A stretch of DNA of 64,000 nt from Bacillota bacterium. GTDB taxonomy: Bacteria; Bacillota; Clostridia; Christensenellales; CAG-138. Under the pieces are notes generated by a model that saw only the letters and a program-made list of their open reading frames with translations, did no database searches and was not told the origin of the DNA. A program made the translations under genes and the position numbers. The stretch spans positions 34,340 to 98,339 of the forward strand of contig JBCFAY010000012.1 of assembly GCA_038562375.1 (NCBI GenBank), in the 5' to 3' direction. Positions 1 to 7,741 of this stretch are shown here, in pieces. Each line of letters begins with the position of its first letter. The first letter of the stretch is position 1.

Positions 1-74
1 CGTTCGGCGGTTGCATTTTTGGCGGACACGACGCATTTGAAGCCGCGCAGATCATGAAAAAAATTCTTCGATAA
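1..74 (+). CDS. 3' end of an ORF that starts upstream of the window; the tail FGGCIFGGHDAFEAAQIMKKILR resembles the C-terminus of a cobalamin-binding corrinoid protein
   Basis: Frame 3 is open from the window edge to TAA at 72-74, just upstream of the RBS of the MtmB-like gene. Only 23 residues are visible, so the family call is weak. Confidence 0.3.
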   Translation, partial: FGGCIFGGHDAFEAAQIMKKILR

Positions 75-89
75 AGGAAGGAAGACAAC

Positions 90-1487
90 ATGGCAACAGC
101 AAAATTCTGGGAATATCTTAAACGCGGCGAGCTTGGGGAACCGGAACTGTGTAAAGATTTTGATATGCGGGTTTTCAAAACGGCCAAGAAACTTGCCCAG
201 AAATACAATATCAAATTCAATGCCAATGAGCTTGTGGTTCAGGACGACGAGCTGATTGACAATGCATTTAAAGCGGGTTTCGAAATGCTTGCGACAATGG
301 GAATTTTCAACATTGATTCCGGCAAGATCATTCATTTCAGCGAGCAGGAAATCCTTGATAGCATTACGCGTCAATCCCGGGCTATTGAGTTGGGCTATGG
401 TAAGGATCGCTTCTTCATACACAACAGAAAGATCGGTGATAGGCGTTTACCCTGTGTAGCCGGCGGGTGCGGTAACCAAATCGACGAAGAGTATCGCTAT
501 AAGCTTTATTTCGGATATGCCAAAAATCAATGGATTGACTACATCGAGCCGGTTCCACCCTATAAGTTCATGGGAATGTTGGTGAAAACCGGAAGCCCCT
601 TTGAAATTCAAGCTTGCCTTGATAATATTGCCCTTTATAGAAAGGCTTGTCTTGATGCCGGAAGGCCGGGAATGCCCGTCAAGGGTAAAGACGGCGTGAG
701 CGCCATCGCGGATGTTGCTACAAATCGTGAAGATATTGGCTATCGGAAAACAGATCACTCAAACGTTTACTTCAAACCGTCTCTGAAAACAACCTACGAG
801 GATTTGAACAGAGCCACGCAGTATGTCCAGTATGGCACTTATGTCAGTACCGGTGGGTGCGATTACATGGGCGGTTATTGCGGGGATGTTGAAGGTGCTG
901 TAATTTGTTCCATCGCGGAAAGCCTGGCAGGACCGATGATATACAACGCCGTAATCAACCACAACTGCGTTATGGAAAGCCTCGATCCCAGCGCTTCAAC
1001 CCGCAAGGCCATTTGGGGAACGAATCTTGCCTCGGGAGCCATCAACAAGCACACGAATCTTCCCGCAATCTGGGGCGCTTACCTGACAATGGCGGGACCT
1101 TGTACCGATATGATGATGTATGAAATCGCCGCCCAGACGATTAGCACGGTCATGATGGGCTGCAATCCCTTCGGCGTTGCGCCGAATCAGGGCGTAACGC
1201 CAAACTATTGCACGCCGATGGAATGCCAGTTCATGGCTGAGGTTGCATACGCAACCACCCGCATCGATAGAAAAAAGGCTGGCGAGCTTGTCGAAAGACT
1301 GGTACAAAAATATGAAGCGGCGTTTGAAACAAAGAATTACCCGAAAGGAAAAACCTTTGCGGAGCTTTACGATCTGGAGACCGTGGAGCCTAAGCAGGAA
1401 TATATAGAGCTCCATGAACGCATATGGTCGGAGCTTGGGGAAATGGGACTTGCGCAGTATCGTCCGTCGCTTGATGACTATCGATGA
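90..1487 (+). CDS. Monomethylamine methyltransferase (MtmB) family protein, non-pyrrolysine form
   Basis: RBS aaggaagga lies 7 nt upstream of the ATG. Full-length by-eye similarity to archaeal MtmB: FKAGFEML, AGRPGMPVKG, and a C-terminal GKTFAELYDLETVEPKQEY block. No in-frame TAG. K198 (AAG, 681-683) sits where I expect the Pyl codon. Confidence 0.8.
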   Translation: MATAKFWEYLKRGELGEPELCKDFDMRVFKTAKKLAQKYNIKFNANELVVQDDELIDNAFKAGFEMLATMGIFNIDSGKIIHFSEQEILDSITRQSRAIELGYGKDRFFIHNRKIGDRRLPCVAGGCGNQIDEEYRYKLYFGYAKNQWIDYIEPVPPYKFMGMLVKTGSPFEIQACLDNIALYRKACLDAGRPGMPVKGKDGVSAIADVATNREDIGYRKTDHSNVYFKPSLKTTYEDLNRATQYVQYGTYVSTGGCDYMGGYCGDVEGAVICSIAESLAGPMIYNAVINHNCVMESLDPSASTRKAIWGTNLASGAINKHTNLPAIWGAYLTMAGPCTDMMMYEIAAQTISTVMMGCNPFGVAPNQGVTPNYCTPMECQFMAEVAYATTRIDRKKAGELVERLVQKYEAAFETKNYPKGKTFAELYDLETVEPKQEYIELHERIWSELGEMGLAQYRPSLDDYR

Positions 1488-1978
1488 CGAATGCCGAAAG
1501 GCAACACGGATGAATGCGTGATTCGGTGAAAGGATAAGTCTTCCGAGCCGATGGAAGTAGCATGATCCCGTGCTACCTATGTTTTCAGTTGTGGTTGGAG
1601 ATTTTTTTGTGCAAATGATCTTCCTGTTGCAATATTAAGAGCCAACCCCGTATACCTATTTCTGTTAACGTGAACACGATTTTTGCAGTACCCTTAATAT
1701 GTGCTTTATTTATGTGTGGATATTCAAAAGGGTCGGAAGCGTTATAGTGTTGCTGTAAAACAGGCCGCGGCACACGGAAATCCTTGGTTAAGCTTGCTTG
1801 CCGGGCAGTGGGAAATTCGATCCGTGGGATGCTGCGTCCAACGCGTGTGCATACGGTTTCATTGGTGTTCAGAGGTTATCTAGTTGTGTTCAAAGCCTTA
1901 GATCAAACGATGGTCGCAACGCTTGAAAAAGCGGAAACATAGCGGCGCCCCCAATACTATTTTAGGAGGATGACATTC

Positions 1979-3169
1979 ATGAAACGATGGATTGCTTTGT
2001 TATTGACGGTCGTAGCGCTTTGCGGTCTTGTTGGCTGTGCCCAAACGGGGAATGATCCGGTCGAAACGACCGCGCCGGAAACCGATAACGGCGGCACGGA
2101 ATCGTCTCTGGGCGTTCTGATTGGACAAGCGGAACGCAGAAAGGATATTACAGCGGAGAATATTAAGGTCGGGATCATCTATGTGGATGATTTGAGCGAT
2201 AAGGGCTGGACGACCAGTCATTACGACAGCATAAACAAGATGGCGGCGAATCTGGGCATCAGTGAAGACCAGATTATCCATAAATTCAATATCCCGGAGG
2301 ATGCGAAGGCCGCGACGGCTCTGAGTGAGCTGGTCGAAGCGGGCTGTGACATTATCTTTGGAACGGCCTATGGTCATGGCGATTATATGCTTGAAGCGGC
2401 CCAAAAGTATTTAAACATTGAATTTTGTCATGCGACCGGCTATCAAGCGCCCGCCGCGAAGCTGCCGAATTTTCATAATTATTTCGCCGATATCAAGGAA
2501 AGCCGTTATTATGCCGGTGTTGTGGCGGGGCTTGCGACCAAGTCCAACATGATCGGCTACATCGGGTTCTTCCCCTATGCGGAAGTGATCTCTGCCTACG
2601 ACGCGATGTATCTGGGCGCGAAATCCGTTAACCCGGATGTGAAGATGAAGGTTATGTACACCAATTCCTGGTATGATCCTCTGATGGAGGATCAGGCAAC
2701 CACCGCGCTTATCAATGGCGGCTGCGATGTGATTTTCATTTCGAACGCATCCGTAGCCCCGGCGACCGGCGCCGCGAAGCTTGGCGCATACCATATCGGA
2801 TTTGGTGCCGATCTGACCAAGGTTGTTCCCGAAGCATCGCTGATGTCGGTGATGATCGACTGGTCCGTGTATGACAGCTATGCTGTTTCATGTATACTCA
2901 AAGGCGAGGATATCGCTCTTGACTGGTGCGAAGGTTTTCAATCGGGCGCTGTGTACGCCACGCCTGTGAATGCCGCGATTGCTCCGGCGAACGTCGAGGA
3001 AGCTACTGCAAAAGCGGTCGAGTGGATGGCGAACAACACGATTTTCACTGGTCCTTTGTATGATAACAATGGGCAGCTGCTGCTTGCCGACGGCGAAAAA
3101 TTCACGGAAAAAACCTCCTGCTTTACATGGGATCATGTCCTGCAAGGCATAGAGATTATCGGCGAATGA
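1979..3169 (+). CDS. BMP-family (PnrA/Med-like) ABC transporter substrate-binding lipoprotein
   Basis: RBS aggagg at 1964-1969 lies 9 nt before the ATG at 1979. Lipoprotein signal MKRWIALLLTVVALCGLVGC. BMP-like sequence throughout. First gene of a 4-gene transporter operon. Confidence 0.85.
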   Translation: MKRWIALLLTVVALCGLVGCAQTGNDPVETTAPETDNGGTESSLGVLIGQAERRKDITAENIKVGIIYVDDLSDKGWTTSHYDSINKMAANLGISEDQIIHKFNIPEDAKAATALSELVEAGCDIIFGTAYGHGDYMLEAAQKYLNIEFCHATGYQAPAAKLPNFHNYFADIKESRYYAGVVAGLATKSNMIGYIGFFPYAEVISAYDAMYLGAKSVNPDVKMKVMYTNSWYDPLMEDQATTALINGGCDVIFISNASVAPATGAAKLGAYHIGFGADLTKVVPEASLMSVMIDWSVYDSYAVSCILKGEDIALDWCEGFQSGAVYATPVNAAIAPANVEEATAKAVEWMANNTIFTGPLYDNNGQLLLADGEKFTEKTSCFTWDHVLQGIEIIGE

Positions 3170-3278
3170 TTTAGTAACATGCCGCCGGAGTGTCCAGAAC
3201 GGAACTCCGGCGGCACGATCCGGCGCTGGAACAATCTATTCAGATCTTGTTAAATTTCGAGAGAAGTGGGTGGTGTAG

Positions 3279-4838
3279 TTGAGCTGCGACGTACACTGTG
3301 CGGTAGAGATCAAAAACATCTGCAAGACCTTTGGAACGCTTAAAGCGAACGATGATATCTGTTTAAAGGTGAATCGTGGTGAAATACTAGCTTTGATGGG
3401 TGAAAACGGATCCGGCAAGACGACCCTGATGAATATGCTATCCGGCATCTATTATCCAGATAGCGGCTGTATTTATATTGATGGGGAAAAAGCAACGATA
3501 AGGAATCCGGCGGATGCTTTTGCCTTGGGCATAGGAATGGTGCATCAGCATTTCAAGCTTGTTGAGGTGTTTTCCGCTGCGGAAAACATCGTTCTGGGCC
3601 TGCCAGGCGGTATGTATATAAATCGCAAACAATTGACGAAGCAAATAAAGGAAATCTGTTCGTCTTACGGATTTGAGCTTGATCCATATAAGAAAATATA
3701 CGATATGTCCGTTTCTGAAAAGCAGACTGTTGAGATCATCAAGGTTTTGTTCAGGGGGGCGAGCATACTTATCCTAGATGAGCCGACAGCCGTTTTGACG
3801 CCTCAGGAATCGGATAAGTTATTTGAAATACTTCGGGCATTAAAGGCTGACAATAAAGCCGTCGTCATTATCACCCATAAGCTGAATGAAGTTCTGGCTG
3901 TCTCCGACCGCGTAGCAATACTTAGAAAAGGTAAGTATATCGGAACGACTCCCACGGCGGAAGCTACGATAGCATCGCTGACGGAGGGAATGGTCGGGCG
4001 CGCGGTAAGTCTTGAGATTGAAAGGCCCGTATGCGCGGGCAAGGATCGACTGGAAGTAGAGGGGCTAACTTACCGCGACAAAGACGGAATTACCATACTT
4101 GACAACGTCTCCTTTTCGCTGTGCGGCGGCGAGATATTGGGCGTGGCCGGTATCGCTGGCAGCGGCCAAAAAGAATTGTGCGAGGTCGTGGCTGGCCTGA
4201 TATCCCAGCGATCCGGGAAAGTGACGTTCATCGATGAAAATGGGCAAAAACATACTGTTTTCGGCGGAGATAAAAAAAATGAAAGCAGCAGGATGAACCT
4301 CGGATTTGTCCCAGAGGATCGGCTTGGAATGGGCCTTGTCGCGGGGCTAAATATGGTAGATAATGTCATGCTCAGAAGCTATCGTTCGGCAAAAGGCATT
4401 TTTGTCGATAGGCGCAAAGCAAAGGCAAAAACCGAGGAATTGATTCGTAAGCTCGATATTTCCACGCCGGGTGTAAACACAATCGTGAGGAATCTCTCCG
4501 GCGGCAATATTCAGAAGGTTCTACTGGGCCGTGAAATAGATCGCGATCCGGATATATTGATCGTCGCGTATCCCGTGAGGGGCCTCGACATCAATTCGTC
4601 GTTTGCGGTATATAAGCTTCTAAACGAGCAAAAGAGCAAGGGAACGGCTATTTTGTTCATCGGGGAGGACCTGGATGTTCTGCTACAAATCAGCGATAGG
4701 ATTTTGGTTCTTTGCGCAGGAAAGAACAATGGGGTTCTGAATGCGAGATGCGTTACGAAAGAAGAAATCGGGCTTCGTATGATGCATTCTGCCGCGGGCC
4801 AATACGAAGGTGAGGGTGTCAATAATGAGTCAGAATAG
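3279..4838 (+). CDS. ABC transporter ATP-binding protein with two nucleotide-binding domains (ribose/nucleoside importer type)
   Basis: Walker A GENGSGKTT, a second NBD with GIAGSGQKE, LSGG signature, ILILDEPT Walker B. TTG start is assumed. Confidence 0.9.
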   Translation: MSCDVHCAVEIKNICKTFGTLKANDDICLKVNRGEILALMGENGSGKTTLMNMLSGIYYPDSGCIYIDGEKATIRNPADAFALGIGMVHQHFKLVEVFSAAENIVLGLPGGMYINRKQLTKQIKEICSSYGFELDPYKKIYDMSVSEKQTVEIIKVLFRGASILILDEPTAVLTPQESDKLFEILRALKADNKAVVIITHKLNEVLAVSDRVAILRKGKYIGTTPTAEATIASLTEGMVGRAVSLEIERPVCAGKDRLEVEGLTYRDKDGITILDNVSFSLCGGEILGVAGIAGSGQKELCEVVAGLISQRSGKVTFIDENGQKHTVFGGDKKNESSRMNLGFVPEDRLGMGLVAGLNMVDNVMLRSYRSAKGIFVDRRKAKAKTEELIRKLDISTPGVNTIVRNLSGGNIQKVLLGREIDRDPDILIVAYPVRGLDINSSFAVYKLLNEQKSKGTAILFIGEDLDVLLQISDRILVLCAGKNNGVLNARCVTKEEIGLRMMHSAAGQYEGEGVNNESE

Positions 4839-5937
4839 TTGCGTTGGGAAAAAGCGCGTCGGGCCCCTGCACATCCGCGCTGTAAAAAGGGGCGCTATAT
4901 GTTCTGCTCAAAAAGCTCTGTTTCGATGCGGGGCTTTTGCCGCGGCGCTGCTCACTGGAGCTCTTTTGATAATGCTGCTCGGATATAATCCGATCAGCGT
5001 ATATGCGGATATGCTTTATGGAGCTCTGGGAACCCGGGTGTTTGCTATTGAAACGATCAGGACTGCGGTGCAATTGCTGCTTGTAGGCATTTCCGTCGCG
5101 TTTTCGTTTAAAATCAAATTTTTCAATATTGGCGCCGACGGACAACTGCTTGCGGGGGCTTTGGCGGCCAGCTATTTTGCGCTGTTCCATGTAAATAATA
5201 TGCCCCAAATCGTCCTGATTCTAACGATGATGCTTGCGGCAATAATCGCGGGTGGAATTTTGGGTGTAATACCTGCGATATTTAAAGCGAAATGGTCGAC
5301 CAACGAAGTGCTTTTTACGCTGATGCTCAATTATGTTATGATTAATTTTGCGAAATTTTTACAAAACGGGCCTTGGAAGGCACCGGGTTCCGCGTTTCCA
5401 AAGGTGGCAATGTTCGCCGAAGGAGCGCGGTTGACCAATGTGCTTGGCGTAAATTGGGGCTGGATTTTCGTGCTGTTTCTAGCGGCGGGCGCCTGGATCT
5501 ATTTTAACAAAACAAAGCATGGGTATGAGATAACCGTCGTGGGCGAAAGCAGCGCTACGGCACAATATGCTGGCATTAATGTCAAAAAAGTGTTGATCAG
5601 AACCATATTTATTTCCGGTGCGATTGCTGGAATCGCGGGATTCTTTCAAGTTGCCGGCATCGATTATTCCGTGGGTGATACGTCCGGCGGCGGTGTAGGT
5701 TATACGGCCATTACCGTCGGGTGGCTCGCGAATTTGCACCCGATCGGCATGATGCTGACTTCTTTGCTGATATCCGTGCTTGAGAGAGGATCGAGTAGTA
5801 TTCAAACTACCTTCAAAATTCCTCAATCTGCAGCAGACGTATTGACGGGAATCATATTGGTATTTATGCTGGGGTGCGAATTCTTTATGAATTATAAATT
5901 GATCGCTGGCAGCAAAAAGGAGGATGACAATGGATAA
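4825..5937 (+). CDS. ABC transporter permease (nucleoside/simple-sugar type)
   Basis: Polytopic hydrophobic protein. The ATG at 4825 follows ggtgaggg and overlaps the end of the ATPase gene. Confidence 0.85.
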   Translation: MSQNSCVGKKRVGPLHIRAVKRGAICSAQKALFRCGAFAAALLTGALLIMLLGYNPISVYADMLYGALGTRVFAIETIRTAVQLLLVGISVAFSFKIKFFNIGADGQLLAGALAASYFALFHVNNMPQIVLILTMMLAAIIAGGILGVIPAIFKAKWSTNEVLFTLMLNYVMINFAKFLQNGPWKAPGSAFPKVAMFAEGARLTNVLGVNWGWIFVLFLAAGAWIYFNKTKHGYEITVVGESSATAQYAGINVKKVLIRTIFISGAIAGIAGFFQVAGIDYSVGDTSGGGVGYTAITVGWLANLHPIGMMLTSLLISVLERGSSSIQTTFKIPQSAADVLTGIILVFMLGCEFFMNYKLIAGSKKEDDNG

Positions 5938-6946
5938 TATAATCAATCTGTTTAATTCCGCCGTCGTGGCTGGAACTCCTTTATTGTTGGCGTCGGTCGG
6001 AGGTGTTCTTATCAGTAAGTCCGGTCAATCCACGCTGGCTACCGAAGGTCTGATGTACATGGGAGGTATTGCGGGAATCGCCGGCGGATACTATTACGAA
6101 CAGGCCGTTTTACTTGCCGGAGGCATTCCCTCCATCTTCATGGCAGGCTTAGTTTCGCTCCTGCTTGCCATACTTGCAGGCGCTCTTGGCGCATCGGTTT
6201 TTAATCTGCTTACGGTCACACTCCGAACAAATCAAACGGTAGCCGGTATTTCGGTTACGATACTTGGAACCGGCTTGGCCAACTTTATAGGAGAATTCCT
6301 CGGGCTCCAGAGCCCGACGGGGTATTTTTATGCGGGAGACTACGCTCAGAAAGCGTTTGCAGCTTTTTCATTGCAGGGATTGAAAAATCTTCCCCAAAGC
6401 CAGCAGACGCTCTGGGCCGCGACAGGCAAAATGTTTGTTCAATACAGCTGGGTTGTCTATTTGGCAATAGTGATTTCGCTGGTTATGGGGTGGATATTGA
6501 ACAATACTAGAGTTGGCCTGAGTTTGAGAGCGGTGGGGGAAAATCCCTCCAGTGCGGATGCCTCTGGCATCAGCGTGGCAAAGTATAAATATCTTGCGGC
6601 GCTCATCGGCGGGGGCATTATCGGGATTGGCGGAATGTACATCACTATGGTGACTTGTTCGGGTATCTGGTCAAACGATTTGATGGGGGGGCGCGGATAT
6701 CTGGCGGTGGCACTGGTCATTTTTGCAACGTGGAGCTCGTATCGGGCCATTTATGCTTCTTTGATTGTCGGAGGGCTGTCGATCATGCGCATGTATTTCC
6801 CGATTCCAGGCTTCCCAATGCAGATCTACGATATGGCCCCTTATATCGTGACGATAATGGTATTGATATTCACAAGCATCCGTCAGCCGAAAGAGCGCAT
6901 GGCACCAAAAGCTTTGGACGTGAATTTCTATAGGGAAAACAGATAG
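5930..6946 (+). CDS. ABC transporter permease (second subunit)
   Basis: Polytopic hydrophobic protein. RBS aaggagg at 5918-5923 lies 6 nt before the ATG at 5930 (alternative ATG at 5924). Overlaps the preceding permease gene. Confidence 0.85.
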   Translation: MDNIINLFNSAVVAGTPLLLASVGGVLISKSGQSTLATEGLMYMGGIAGIAGGYYYEQAVLLAGGIPSIFMAGLVSLLLAILAGALGASVFNLLTVTLRTNQTVAGISVTILGTGLANFIGEFLGLQSPTGYFYAGDYAQKAFAAFSLQGLKNLPQSQQTLWAATGKMFVQYSWVVYLAIVISLVMGWILNNTRVGLSLRAVGENPSSADASGISVAKYKYLAALIGGGIIGIGGMYITMVTCSGIWSNDLMGGRGYLAVALVIFATWSSYRAIYASLIVGGLSIMRMYFPIPGFPMQIYDMAPYIVTIMVLIFTSIRQPKERMAPKALDVNFYRENR

Positions 6947-6954
6947 CAATTTGC

Positions 6955-7650
6955 ATGATCCGCTTTTCGGGGCTCGATATCGACGAGCTGTTCATCGAGA
7001 GCTCCGGGCTTTACGACCCCTCGCAGATCTGCGACATACTCGATAAAATCGGCCCGCATCTCGCGCGGCCCTACGACTATAAAGGGTCGGCCTGCGTGGT
7101 GGACGCGGAGACCTTCCTCGACTACGCCGACGTGCTGCCCGCGCTGGAAAACCCGGTCGCGGCGTCGGACCTGGTGCTCATCAACAAAACCGATCTCGCG
7201 GACGGGGCGACCATACTTGAAGCCGAAGCGCGCGTGCTGAGCATCAACCCCAACGCGCGCCTCCACCGCACGACGTTCGCGCAGATGCCCTTCGAGCATC
7301 TGCCGGGCTCGCCCGTTGAAAAAGGCGGCGAGCGCGCCTGCGTCAATACCGTCCAAAGCCGGCCGGGAAGCTATCTTCTGAGGATGCCCGGCGCCTGCTC
7401 CCGCGAGCGGCTGCTCGGCGCGGCCGAGGCGCTCGCGCCGCACGTGCTGCGCCTCAAAGGCTTCGCGCTTTGCGATGACGGGCCCGTGCTCGTGGAGGTG
7501 GCGGGCCGCCGCGCCTCCGTGCGCCCCGCGCAGCCCCCGGGCGACATTGCGGGAACCCGGCTTGTGATACTCTCGACCGAGCCCGACGCCAAAGCGCTCT
7601 TCGCCGAAATCTGGAAGCGGGCCACCGGCGCGGTCGCGCGGGTCTATTAA
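6955..7650 (+). pseudogene. CobW/COG0523-family GTPase metallochaperone, 5'-truncated (P-loop region missing)
   Basis: Starts at the ...LFIESSGLYDP switch region and has the LINKTDL (NKxD) motif and a CobW C-terminal domain. There is no GxxGxGKT P-loop. An in-frame TAG at 6931-6933 prevents any upstream extension. It begins exactly at the GC-content switch. Confidence 0.7.
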
Positions 7651-7680
7651 GACACAGGGAAGCCGAAGCCCTGCGCCTCC

Positions 7681-7700
7681 CCTTACCTTACCTTACCTTA
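7681..7700. repeat. Pentanucleotide tandem repeat (cctta)x4
   Basis: Read directly: ccttaccttaccttacctta, 41 nt upstream of the MtaA-like start codon. Confidence 0.9.
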
Positions 7701-7741
7701 AACACAGTTTATCCATCCCAAGGAACACATAGGAGGTATTT

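Noticed and set aside
90-1487. Possibility that the MtmB-like gene uses pyrrolysine, or that pyl genes or a tRNA-Pyl lie in the window.
   Set aside because: There is no in-frame TAG in the ORF. The two tRNA-like sequences have a UAA anticodon, not CUA. No PylS/PylBCD-like ORFs are seen in this window.
1488-1978. Purine or cobalamin riboswitch in the spacer before the BMP transporter (gtgtggatatt..., ggcagtgggaaattc...).
   Set aside because: Only fragmentary resemblance. The conserved cores (purine TGGATATGGCACGCAAGTTTCTACCGGG-like; B12 box and GCCACTG elements) are not present.
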